A model generated the notes under the pieces. That model saw only the letters and a list, made by a program, of their open reading frames with translations, did no database searches and was not told the origin of the DNA. 64,000 nucleotides of DNA. It comes from a virus. Taxonomy: Duplodnaviria; Caudoviricetes. Each line of letters begins with the position of its first letter. Position 1 is the first letter of the stretch. The position numbers and the translations under genes are program-made. The stretch is taken from IMG/VR virus record IMGVR_UViG_3300021399_000100. One strand, given 5' to 3'. Positions 39,784 to 49,231 of this stretch are shown piece after piece.

Positions 39784-40374
39784 TTAGTCAATTAGTTCAA
39801 ATTCGTAAACAAATACATAGGGATTCGAATCCCATGTACCTTTACCACTTATCTTATCGATAAGTGCGGCGTATGCTTCTTTGGGTGTGAGCCAGCTTCT
39901 AAAGCTATTAGGAAACGTATAAGCAACTACTTCCTCTAAATTAGAATCCAAGACATCGTCTCGTCTATAGATTCCTTCAGCAAAGCAATCAGTATCACTT
40001 ATGTCTTGTAGACGTTCAGCATGTACGCCCGTGATACAGATATGATGGATCATGTATTCAGATTTGACGAACATCTTATTGTTCCAGCCTGCAGTACCAC
40101 GCACATTTTGCGACGTTTCTGTAGGGTGTCCATCTTTCATTATGTCTGAATAACGTTGCGCGATTGCGACGGTCTCGCCAATATGATATGATGATAAATC
40201 ATTATCATCGCTACCAAGTATATTATTGAGTGACACAATATGTTCGGACTCGAGAATATCGATTATAAAATTTAAATCATTTTTACCCTTGACCATTCTC
40301 CGAGTCTGTGTCTTCTTTCCATCTAATACGGCTTTAGTGAGTCCATATTGATCGTTGAACATAATCTTCTTCAT
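39784..40374 (-). CDS. ASCH/PUA-like domain protein
   Basis: AVLDGKKTQTRR...ERLQDIS..D...EG...W..NP.V..YEF. Confidence 0.75.
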   Translation of the reverse strand: MKKIMFNDQYGLTKAVLDGKKTQTRRMVKGKNDLNFIIDILESEHIVSLNNILGSDDNDLSSYHIGETVAIAQRYSDIMKDGHPTETSQNVRGTAGWNNKMFVKSEYMIHHICITGVHAERLQDISDTDCFAEGIYRRDDVLDSNLEEVVAYTFPNSFRSWLTPKEAYAALIDKISGKGTWDSNPYVFVYEFELID

Positions 40375-40419
40375 TGCTTTCAGATTTTAGAGGTGTTAAT
40401 TATAGCAATGCTATTAAAA

Positions 40420-40456
40420 ATGGGATGCTCATGATGGCTATCGTGAGCATTGCCCA
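40420..40456 (-). terminator. Terminator after the AcrIII-1-like gene
   Basis: atgctcatgat / atcgtgagcat hairpin, T-run on the minus strand. Confidence 0.6.
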
Positions 40457-40463
40457 TTCAGGA

Positions 40464-40739
40464 TTACTCGATAGTCACCTTAAGGAACTTGAAAGAGAAA
40501 CCTTCCGGTAATGTTGTTGATCCTTCGGGCAATCGGCCACCCTGCAGTTGTGCGATGTAGGCAATATCTCCCTTTTCAAGTCTCACATTTATACGTGAGA
40601 ACTCTACGCCCAATACAGCAGCTGTGTCTTTGTGGCCAACTGCTGATTCCAAACCGGTTGGAAGCTCTTTAACTTCCTCAACTTTGATTGTTGCAGGAGT
40701 TGAAACCATCTGCAACGAAAACGCATTTAATAAGTACAT
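40464..40739 (-). CDS. acrIII-1: DUF1874 / AcrIII-1-family ring nuclease (anti-type III CRISPR)
   Basis: YLLNAFSLQM, SAVGH.DTA, R..V.L..GD and RLPEG motifs typical of the YddF/B116/AcrIII-1 family. Confidence 0.8.
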   Translation of the reverse strand: MYLLNAFSLQMVSTPATIKVEEVKELPTGLESAVGHKDTAAVLGVEFSRINVRLEKGDIAYIAQLQGGRLPEGSTTLPEGFSFKFLKVTIE

Positions 40740-40888
40740 ATATCCTCCTTTGTTAATGTTCTGTTTCTTTTATGACATAAAGATAATACATTTTTATCAA
40801 TACGCCACATATTTCTTATAAATAATTACTGTAAAGTAGCGTATTCACATAGAAACGCTGGTTTAATCAACCTTTTGGCATCTTTATA

Positions 40889-41443
40889 TTATATATCGTA
40901 TTGCTCCATATATTTTTTATGTGTGCCAGCAACGATAGTTTCCTGAAGTTCTATTAGTCTTTCGGTGTCGCCTGATTCTGAATAATCATATATTGCGTGA
41001 GACAACAGAACATTAATTACATCCACTTCTTTTATACATTTTCTCAGGTCCATGATGTTGCTCGCAGCAGATTTACTGCCATCTTGTAAGAGACTAATTA
41101 TCTTATTTATAATGAACACATAAGCGCCGTTGAATTTCTGCTTGGCCTCGCCATTTTCTGCTATCTTTGCTACATGCCCATTACGCGGTATTTCTATTTT
41201 AATTTTTTTGAATCTATATGCATAATCGATAATATTTTCTTGAAGTTCGATCAGCTCATCGATATAGTCAGTTTCTATATAATGATGTATTGCTTGCCGT
41301 AGCATAGATATGAAAACAATGGCAGCATACACATCATCATATATGTTAGCGTTGTCACTTGGAGTAGGTTTACCTGCGTCTCGCAAGAGGCTAGCTATCG
41401 TGCTTGTGATGCTCTCATAAGCATCATTAAAATTTCCTTGCAT
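40889..41443 (-). CDS. Hypothetical protein made of two tandem homologous halves
   Basis: FN.AY..I...I.SLL.D..K...AI..Y.E......LIELQE.I occurs twice. Confidence 0.7.
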   Translation of the reverse strand: MQGNFNDAYESITSTIASLLRDAGKPTPSDNANIYDDVYAAIVFISMLRQAIHHYIETDYIDELIELQENIIDYAYRFKKIKIEIPRNGHVAKIAENGEAKQKFNGAYVFIINKIISLLQDGSKSAASNIMDLRKCIKEVDVINVLLSHAIYDYSESGDTERLIELQETIVAGTHKKYMEQYDI

Positions 41444-41484
41444 AGTCTGCTTTTATTATTGTGTTATTAATAATTGTATTTAGT

Positions 41485-41832
41485 TTAATGGCAGAATAGC
41501 ATCGTTTTGACCAGCCTTTTTGCTGCTGCTTCATTATATGGAGTCTTGTACACCCTTACACCTCTGTCTCCCTCTCCAAGAATGAAGAATAATTTATGGA
41601 TTCGTTTAACGCACGTATTGATATGATTGACACTATATGCATATTCATCATAATAACGGCAGATTTCATACGTGTCGGCACTTCTGATAATTAACTTGCC
41701 AGGATCACCAGGACTTGTTACGGGGTTACCCACTAGCAAAGTCTTATTTGGTTGTACGTCAATTCTTAAATACTGGTCGCCTTCGCGTTCCATGCATTCC
41801 TCGCACAATGCTTTAATTTCTTCAGTTGTCAT
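41485..41832 (-). CDS. Early hypothetical protein
   Basis: Early promoter at about 41868-41900 plus AGGAGG. Confidence 0.7.
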   Translation of the reverse strand: MTTEEIKALCEECMEREGDQYLRIDVQPNKTLLVGNPVTSPGDPGKLIIRSADTYEICRYYDEYAYSVNHINTCVKRIHKLFFILGEGDRGVRVYKTPYNEAAAKRLVKTMLFCH

Positions 41833-41948
41833 ATAGATGCCCTCCTATGTTTATGTTCTTTTATGGCATAAAATTACAACATTTTTACATATACATCACA
41901 CATTTCGTGTAAAAAGTTACATGATATATGTTATATACCTATATTAAT

Positions 41949-42143
41949 CTACGCCATAACGTAATAGAATATTGAATCAACCATGCTTTTCTGCGCATCG
42001 CTTAATGCATCTAGACTACATTCTACAATGTCGATATCGATGCCTTCTATCATCTCTATCTGCATGCTCATTGATTCTGCAAAACAAGGATTGCTAAAAA
42101 TATATCGGTCTTTCCCTGTAACCTTTTCTCTGACTATATACAT
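41949..42143 (-). CDS. Small hypothetical protein
   Basis: TGATTATATA at 42185-42194 upstream. Confidence 0.55.
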   Translation of the reverse strand: MYIVREKVTGKDRYIFSNPCFAESMSMQIEMIEGIDIDIVECSLDALSDAQKSMVDSIFYYVMA

Positions 42144-42293
42144 AATATATCGTTATATAAGTTTCGGGCAATATCTCCCTTGAATATATAATCATGCATA
42201 AATAGCATATAATCGTATAAAAATGAAGAGATACTGTTTTCTATGTCTCTCTAATTATATGCGTTTATATCGCATATAACATATAAAAACAAA

Positions 42294-42318
42294 AAGGAAA
42301 GGCATATAGCCCTTCCTT
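42294..42318 (-). terminator. Terminator
   Basis: aaggaaaggc / gcccttcctt with a T-run on the minus strand. Confidence 0.6.
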
Positions 42319-42344
42319 ACATTAGATATACGCTGCGAATCTAT

Positions 42345-42578
42345 TTAGTATACGCTACATATTTTTGAAATCGACATGGAAGATATCTTCCAATCAGCCA
42401 TAGTACCGTCCATCATCTGCGATACTTTATTCTCTACATCTGTAGGATTGACTGCATCCACTAGATGAATTTCCTTCACTGTCTTCGTACCGCCCTTCTC
42501 ACTGTCTATTTCAATTTCAACAGTGACTTGATAAAACCTGTACTCGGGCTCTTTGATACTTAAATTGTCTGCTGCCAT
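42345..42578 (-). CDS. DUF4494-like protein
   Basis: Y.V.V.....G..K.VKE..LVDA...T..E pattern of a Bacteroidota family. Confidence 0.6.
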   Translation of the reverse strand: MAADNLSIKEPEYRFYQVTVEIEIDSEKGGTKTVKEIHLVDAVNPTDVENKVSQMMDGTMADWKISSMSISKICSVY

Positions 42579-42588
42579 AATCTTTATT

Positions 42589-43164
42589 TTATTTTGTTTG
42601 GTGTTGTGTTAACTTATCAGTGATATCGTGCATCACTTCGTCTATGCTGACGGGCGTGCAGTTATGAGAATCCATTCCGACATTGTACATGAATGGATTA
42701 TCCATGAAGAACTTTTCTTTGCTGTGAGTGTGACCATGAAGATTTATCACAGTCTTATAGATATCTGAACTGTCGAAATTTGCAGTGTACGTAGGATAAT
42801 GGCTTAAATAAAACTGCTGGACATATGGTTTCCGCTCGTGCGTGCATTTGAGCTTGATAAGTCGCGGACCTACACATGTTGTATGTGGGACACATCCATA
42901 CTCCATGATTTTCTTATCAGTATCATGGTTTCCTGGAATTATAACCTTAAGGCCGTTCAATGAATGCAACAAATTCAGGCCATTAACATGATCGCTGCCC
43001 ATCACGACATCACCCAAAATATAGACCGCGTCCTCTTCACTTACTGTCTTGTTCCATCTGTCTACAATAGCAGCTTCCATTTCCTGGAGGCTATTGAATC
43101 CTCTAGCCTTCCAAATGAATTCCTTATCGTGTCCGAAATGTAGGTCGCTTGTAAAAAATATCAT
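42589..43164 (-). CDS. Calcineurin-like metallophosphoesterase
   Basis: SDLHFGH, LGD, GNHD, SHYP and HGHTH. Confidence 0.9.
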   Translation of the reverse strand: MIFFTSDLHFGHDKEFIWKARGFNSLQEMEAAIVDRWNKTVSEEDAVYILGDVVMGSDHVNGLNLLHSLNGLKVIIPGNHDTDKKIMEYGCVPHTTCVGPRLIKLKCTHERKPYVQQFYLSHYPTYTANFDSSDIYKTVINLHGHTHSKEKFFMDNPFMYNVGMDSHNCTPVSIDEVMHDITDKLTQHQTK

Positions 43165-43171
43165 ATTAAAA

Positions 43172-43669
43172 TTATTTTATGTTAGCATTTAATTCAAGGA
43201 TAGCAGATATGCTCAGTGCGTCTGGCTTATCCTCATAAAAATATCTATATTTGTTATAGGTAGATATAATCACCTCTTCCTTGATATAATCATCACCTTT
43301 TCTTATGGCATTACGCTTCAGGCAATCTTCCAGAGATAGCTTGAAATCTTTGAATTCTATTTTGTAATCTGTGCCATATACTAACCCATTCTTATTCAAG
43401 AACTTAACCAACTTGCGTATCCCTTTCTTGTCGAGGTTCATGCAATCTAGTACAACATCTCTATGATGCTTCAAGCATATCATAACGGCATTATTTCCCA
43501 GAGTTGATATCAGATGCTCCCGAGAATCTACCCAATATGGTCCAGCCATCTTGCGTATATCATCAAGTGACACTCGGCATCTTCTGTCGGGGTCCTCTCC
43601 AACCCAAGCCTTAGCCCAAGTAGATTTCCCCGAACCCTGTATACCTCTAGTTAATATCAGTGTATTCAT
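43172..43669 (-). CDS. Polynucleotide kinase-like P-loop kinase (AAA_33)
   Basis: RGIQGSGKSTWA, DDIR, D..NL and C.KRN..R. Confidence 0.85.
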   Translation of the reverse strand: MNTLILTRGIQGSGKSTWAKAWVGEDPDRRCRVSLDDIRKMAGPYWVDSREHLISTLGNNAVMICLKHHRDVVLDCMNLDKKGIRKLVKFLNKNGLVYGTDYKIEFKDFKLSLEDCLKRNAIRKGDDYIKEEVIISTYNKYRYFYEDKPDALSISAILELNANIK

Positions 43670-43887
43670 AAACTTGTGTTTGCGTTTTCAATAAAAAGCA
43701 GTACAGCAGAACCTATTATCAGAAGTATCACATAAAATACTACATTTGTCCTACTGAATCGCATATAGCGATTGGCTTCTCGTGTATTATGATGTTCTCT
43801 ATGCTTATGGGATAGCACGAATGGTACTGCTATGAATAATATAGCGAACTCTATAGAAATTATTCCAAATATTATTGGGACATTCAT
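43666..43887 (-). CDS. 2-TM membrane protein
   Basis: Two hydrophobic helices. Confidence 0.55.
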   Translation of the reverse strand: MNVPIIFGIISIEFAILFIAVPFVLSHKHREHHNTREANRYMRFSRTNVVFYVILLIIGSAVLLFIENANTSL

Positions 43888-43917
43888 ATTTTTTCTTTAT
43901 TATAGGTATATATGTAC

Positions 43918-44361
43918 TTAACCTGCTTCGGCATACAGAACATATTTGTCCCAGTCCACGATTTTATGAATGTGTATAGCATTATAATACGCATCAATCC
44001 ATGTAATAGCATATCCAAACTGATATTTGTTCGTTGTTTTGCACATAGCGGTCTTCATGGCCTTCCAGTTCAGCTTATCCTTAAAGGCATATGCCTTATT
44101 ATAAATGACTTCGGTCAACTTCAAGAAAGCACATTCATCAAGAACCCCAACGTAAATGTCCTCTTCTTCTTCTAGCTTCTGCTCAGTCAGCCGATGCACG
44201 CCTTTTGCAAAGTACAAGTCCTTGAATGCATCTATGCACCAATCATATACGACATCTTCTACAATATGGACGTTTAAGTCCTCCAGACTGGTACACTTGC
44301 TCTGCTTACAACGTTCCCATTCTGAACGTTCAATCAGCTGTAAAGAAAGTCTCATTCCCAT
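43918..44361 (-). CDS. Hypothetical protein, paralog of 1990..2502
   Basis: Paralogy; early promoter at about 44388-44419. Confidence 0.7.
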   Translation of the reverse strand: MGMRLSLQLIERSEWERCKQSKCTSLEDLNVHIVEDVVYDWCIDAFKDLYFAKGVHRLTEQKLEEEEDIYVGVLDECAFLKLTEVIYNKAYAFKDKLNWKAMKTAMCKTTNKYQFGYAITWIDAYYNAIHIHKIVDWDKYVLYAEAG

Positions 44362-44440
44362 TTCGTAATAATTTTAAAATTTCTGCACTAAAAATACTAA
44401 CAATTTCTTATATTACCACGTATTATCTGTAAAAAATGAG

Positions 44441-44593
44441 TTATATCAATTTCATATCAGTGAAAACATCTAGCCACGTATCTGCTATTAATGACTCTCC
44501 TAAATATTTATATGTGCATCCATCTTTCGAATACAAATGTCCATAAGAGACGTACATCCCTTCAACGAACGGCGTTACGTTATTGTTGTTCAT
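44441..44593 (-). CDS. Small hypothetical protein (50 aa, not in ORF track)
   Basis: MNNNNVTPFVEG... fills the gap after terL. Confidence 0.4.
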   Translation of the reverse strand: MNNNNVTPFVEGMYVSYGHLYSKDGCTYKYLGESLIADTWLDVFTDMKLI

Positions 44594-44655
44594 AGTACAT
44601 GATGATATATAATATATTTAATGCTGCTGGCTATACTCTTATGATCAGATTACTA

Positions 44656-46425
44656 TCAACCTCCATAAGAGAACTTTCCTGTATTAGGCGTAGTGAATCG
44701 TGGAGTTGCCCTATCAATATATGACATAAGGTCATAATTAAATGATGCTATATTATTATCGGCATTAGGATCTATCAGATCTTCAACGAAATTCTGGAAT
44801 TGCCTGTTATTGAAAGCAGCAGCAGCCGTCACACAGCTCATAGCCATATCGTCGTGGCCAGTAATTGCAGCATATGACGACGAGCCTTCTTTTCTACTGA
44901 AATTAGCAAACTCGCCTACAGTATCTACATCTTGTATAACGAACTGTTTCTTACATTCATATAGTTTGAAGTCTTGGCAGCAGCTGGCTTTAGAATCTTT
45001 AGAAAGAACGATTCCTTTAATTGCCCCGTTGAGGTTATAATTAATAATATTAGAGCTCTCCATCTGGTTCATATCACCATCAACCATAAACAGATAGGTG
45101 TATAAGAGCTCTCCGTATTTGTTCCATTCTATATTAATCATATGGTTATATGACAACATAGTATATGTAGACAGATAATACATGACCTCGGCCATCTGCT
45201 TGATAGTCGCCTCGTTAGACTTCCAGTATCCACATTGGACTAGCTTGATCTTATCCCTAATATCATTAGAATTGTTAGTGATAAGAGATATATCGAATAT
45301 CTGTATCACAGAAGAGTCCTTCCCCGAGCCTTCTGCTATATCTACAGATAGCAAGAAACGCTTGTCTGGCCTGTTCAGTTCTATAGGGTCAAATCCAGGG
45401 TCCCATCTGAAAAGATCCATGAATGGTACATCGAATCGACCCGAGAAGGCTTTAGGGATAAACTTATGGGTTGTCTTCATGAGCTCTATCACTCTAGGGC
45501 CTAGAAGAGTATATCCAGAATCCATGAATGAGTTTCCATACTGCCTCATGAATGATGCTTCTCCGCCCACATCTTTAAGAGTAGCTTTCATCCAGGCCTC
45601 ATCTCTACCCGGCCGCTCCCACCAGTCCACTCTGATAGGTACATATGAATTTTCACCTTTACATGCTTCATCATATATATGATAGAACCTATTCAGGCCG
45701 TTTGGCGTAGACGTTATGATGATCTTAGAGTCAGACATGGACGAAATAGTAGGCATTGCATTCTCATAGAAGTTATCTAGAAGGTTCTTCTGTACATGAG
45801 CAAACTCGTCACAATACAGCACATGCACAGTAAATCCGATGAATGAGTTCTTAGTGGTACCCTGACATACTATACGTGAGCCATTATCGAACTTAATGTT
45901 CTTGCTACTCATGTTCACTACACCTGGCTGCAAGAAATAAGGGATACGCTGCATGATTTCTCGTATCTTGTCTGCAATTTCTTCAGCAGACTGTGCTTTA
46001 TTTGAAAGAAGACCTACTGTCTTTTCTGCATGAAATGTAGAATACCACAGCAGAAATATAGAGGCAGTTACGGTCTTACCCATCTGTCGCGATGTCAACA
46101 CCACATTGAATCTATTCGTCATGTAGTTCCTTAGCATCTTCTTCTGGTAAGGGAACAGCTTTACTTTCTTGTAGCCTTGTGTACCCGTCATGATATAGCA
46201 GTATGTCTCTGCATAATATATAATGTCGTTCTTGCACTTGTATATTTCTGCTATTTCATTCTGAGTGTACATAAAAGGCATATTGGCCCTGCGGAAGTCA
46301 CTGCTCTTGAAAAACGGAGACTTTCCTTTGATGATACCGTTTTCTGCATTTTCCTTCCACTGCTCGACCTTCTCAGTAGACCAGGTCACTACTTTGACTA
46401 CTTCCTTCTTCTTTTTAGAGGCCAT
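44656..46425 (-). CDS. terL: Terminase large subunit (T4 gp17-like)
   Basis: LFPYQ, Walker A SRQMGKT, Walker B LYCDEFA, ITSTPNG, nuclease VDIAEG.GKD and HDD. Confidence 0.95.
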   Translation of the reverse strand: MASKKKKEVVKVVTWSTEKVEQWKENAENGIIKGKSPFFKSSDFRRANMPFMYTQNEIAEIYKCKNDIIYYAETYCYIMTGTQGYKKVKLFPYQKKMLRNYMTNRFNVVLTSRQMGKTVTASIFLLWYSTFHAEKTVGLLSNKAQSAEEIADKIREIMQRIPYFLQPGVVNMSSKNIKFDNGSRIVCQGTTKNSFIGFTVHVLYCDEFAHVQKNLLDNFYENAMPTISSMSDSKIIITSTPNGLNRFYHIYDEACKGENSYVPIRVDWWERPGRDEAWMKATLKDVGGEASFMRQYGNSFMDSGYTLLGPRVIELMKTTHKFIPKAFSGRFDVPFMDLFRWDPGFDPIELNRPDKRFLLSVDIAEGSGKDSSVIQIFDISLITNNSNDIRDKIKLVQCGYWKSNEATIKQMAEVMYYLSTYTMLSYNHMINIEWNKYGELLYTYLFMVDGDMNQMESSNIINYNLNGAIKGIVLSKDSKASCCQDFKLYECKKQFVIQDVDTVGEFANFSRKEGSSSYAAITGHDDMAMSCVTAAAAFNNRQFQNFVEDLIDPNADNNIASFNYDLMSYIDRATPRFTTPNTGKFSYGG

Positions 46426-46472
46426 AGCATATGATGAGATATATAATATAATTTACATCCCATCATATCATA

Positions 46473-47315
46473 TTACATGTGTTCATCAGGAATCAGTGCC
46501 ATCAGCTCTTTTGCACTAGCGAACACGACGCCTTCTAATTCATTAGAGGTCTTTTCAATAGCTTGTGTGTCTAATTTAGTATTGTAGTCTGTATCGTCTA
46601 CTTTGTAATCTTCTGGGATTGAGAGTGTAGATGCGGGTGGGTTGACGGTGTTGTCCTCTTTTTCTTCTGTTGTATCAGATTCATTTTCAACAACTTCTGT
46701 TGGCACATCGTCTTTATGCTCATGCTCTGAAGGACTTGTTGTGTTCTCTTGCGAAGTTATGATAGCATTAGGAGATTTCTTTTTAGCCATACCCGAGCGG
46801 GCCACCACATCACTCATAATGTTCTCATATTCATCTTTCAGGTCGCATATCAACTGCGCTCTATACTTCAGTAGATCAATAAGGGACTTATTAAGATTAG
46901 ACAGCATGCCATATAGCTTAGGGTCTACTTCTACGCACTTGATGCTGTCTACTAGTGAATCACTTGCCGCAACAGTATTTTCAATTTGTGTACATAATAG
47001 AGTAAGCGCGTCTGAGTCTAATTCGCTACGGGAACGGATATAGTCTATCTCTGGAATGTTCTCAATCTCTTCAGCACTTGTGCATGTAAATACTTTTTTA
47101 ATGGCATTCACAAGCTTCTTGCACATAAAATTCGCATCAGAAATCTCCTCCTTGACTTTCTTAGCATCAGGAGTCTTTCCGTTCTTGATATCTTTATTAG
47201 CACTTCGTACAGTACCTAGCGTGCAATTATCTCTATCTATTGCATCAGGGAAATTGCCTTCCCCTAACATATCCATCATTCTATCAATAGTATGATTAGC
47301 TTGTTTGCTGTTCAT
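46473..47315 (-). CDS. Helical protein directly upstream of terL; candidate small terminase
   Basis: Position; helical core PKLY..L..L resembles gp16-like oligomerisation helices. Confidence 0.4.
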   Translation of the reverse strand: MNSKQANHTIDRMMDMLGEGNFPDAIDRDNCTLGTVRSANKDIKNGKTPDAKKVKEEISDANFMCKKLVNAIKKVFTCTSAEEIENIPEIDYIRSRSELDSDALTLLCTQIENTVAASDSLVDSIKCVEVDPKLYGMLSNLNKSLIDLLKYRAQLICDLKDEYENIMSDVVARSGMAKKKSPNAIITSQENTTSPSEHEHKDDVPTEVVENESDTTEEKEDNTVNPPASTLSIPEDYKVDDTDYNTKLDTQAIEKTSNELEGVVFASAKELMALIPDEHM

Positions 47316-47326
47316 GGCTGTTATAT

Positions 47327-48364
47327 TTAATACATGGAAGTGAAACTGTCCATAGTAGTATGGGTTCTTCCATGTCTTATATTATTTAGGGTGTTTGCAA
47401 GATCTTCAACAGATTCTGATGTCGTTGAAAGATTATCATCCTTACTCAATATAGATGATTCTTCAGCAGGCTGCATATCACCAGGCACAGAACCTTCAGT
47501 TTCTGCAGGGGTCTTGCTCTTCTTAGTCTTATTATTTCTAGATGTCTTCTTGGCCTTCTTAGCATTCTTGGATCCTGATGCTTTCTTAGCTTTCTTAGTC
47601 CATGATGTCTTCTTAGCCTTCTTAGTCACTGATGACTTCTTATCATCACCTTCAGATTCGTCTGTTGATACACTTACGGGATCCTCATGTGTATTATCGT
47701 CTGAATTAGTTTCTGGGATTGAACTTTCGTGAGAGTCTTCTGGGATGTCTGGGATGCTTGAAGATTCTTCTGATGTATCTGGTTGATTTTCAACAGGTTC
47801 TGATATTGAACTTTCTTGTGGTTGTTCGTTTGATTCGTCAGCGTCATCAGGAGAAGATTGTGCATCTTCTCTATTAGTATCAATACAATCTTTATTTTCT
47901 GATATATTTTCTGACTCATTATTAGACATTGTAATTGTATTATTTTCAATACTATTCCGTACTTCGTTCTGGATATATATCAATGATAGACAAATTGCAG
48001 GCAATACTCCTCCAGTTGCAAATGCAAGTATCCGTTTCTGATCAATAGCTTCCCAATCATCTAATGCAAACAACTCTGCGAAAGGTGATATATCTTCTAT
48101 ATGTATGTACGCAGAATATGTATTCGCACATATCTGGAATAAAGTTATGAAACCCAAGACATATATCACAGATTTCATACCAGGGGTAGATCTATTGATC
48201 ATCAGCAGTGCTGCAATACTTATCTCTATAGCGATGGACATAACCCATCCGAAACACAGATCAGGATGTGATAACTTGAATAAATCGACTGCACTTACTA
48301 GAGATACTATCATCATTAGTGCATATGCAATTAGTATCAAATTACTTAGGTTCTTCTGTTTCAT
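47327..48364 (-). CDS. 4-TM membrane protein with acidic linker and KKAKK repeats
   Basis: Hydrophobic N-terminus; late motif GTAAATA at 48402-48408. Confidence 0.7.
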   Translation of the reverse strand: MKQKNLSNLILIAYALMMIVSLVSAVDLFKLSHPDLCFGWVMSIAIEISIAALLMINRSTPGMKSVIYVLGFITLFQICANTYSAYIHIEDISPFAELFALDDWEAIDQKRILAFATGGVLPAICLSLIYIQNEVRNSIENNTITMSNNESENISENKDCIDTNREDAQSSPDDADESNEQPQESSISEPVENQPDTSEESSSIPDIPEDSHESSIPETNSDDNTHEDPVSVSTDESEGDDKKSSVTKKAKKTSWTKKAKKASGSKNAKKAKKTSRNNKTKKSKTPAETEGSVPGDMQPAEESSILSKDDNLSTTSESVEDLANTLNNIRHGRTHTTMDSFTSMY

Positions 48365-48600
48365 GTCTATTTTTTTTATATTTAATTTATGACATTTGTT
48401 TTATTTACACTGTATAAAATTTTCAGCATACCATTTTGCAAAATTACAGAGACCGTATTGTAGACTAGTACGTGGTGTGAAACCAGTACAGTCTCTCCAT
48501 TAAGAGATATATTTTTTGGTATCATATATTTACAACTTAGTCGATACATTACATTATTAATCATATAATCACCGTAAATAACATATAGTTACAGATTAAT

Positions 48601-49194
48601 ATGGCTAATACGGGAATAAATATGCTTATAGAGAATAGCCTTACTAATGGAGACACTGTATCTCTTTCTCCGCTTGGAGGCTATTACGCTTTCCGACTCA
48701 TGAATGTCGTCGGTGACGATGTCAGGAGTATAGACCTGACAGATAAGCCTGGAGTACAGCTGTTGTCTGATGATGCTGCTGTAGTTATTGATGAAACTCC
48801 ACATGCAGACATAAACAAGAGGGACGGCCAGTGCATGTTTGCTATAACTCCCCAAGAAGCAGCCGACCTGCTAGAAATACAGAATTTCTCTATAGTGTAT
48901 AACGTCGCAGGTATTTATGTAACTTTATTTAGGGGTGTGTTTGTAGATATCAATAAAAAGGACGATGAAGACTCCTCTTCGCTTGAAGATGCACTGCAGA
49001 GAGCAGCCAGTGCAGAATCCCTTGCAGCAGATTACCTGTCCAAGCTAAATGCATTGCAGGCGGATTATGATTCCCTATCGTCTTCGTCAGGGAGCACGAT
49101 ATCTGAACTACAGGCAAGAGTAGCAGAGCTTGAAGGTGAATTGGCAACATTACGAAACTCAATGATATCAGCGAACATTATAGACGAGTTGTAA
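48601..49194 (+). CDS. Hypothetical late protein with C-terminal coiled coil
   Basis: GTAAATAA at 48574. Confidence 0.6.
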   Translation: MANTGINMLIENSLTNGDTVSLSPLGGYYAFRLMNVVGDDVRSIDLTDKPGVQLLSDDAAVVIDETPHADINKRDGQCMFAITPQEAADLLEIQNFSIVYNVAGIYVTLFRGVFVDINKKDDEDSSSLEDALQRAASAESLAADYLSKLNALQADYDSLSSSSGSTISELQARVAELEGELATLRNSMISANIIDEL

Positions 49195-49231
49195 TATTAT
49201 AATTATAATTATTAATTAACTAATTAATCAT

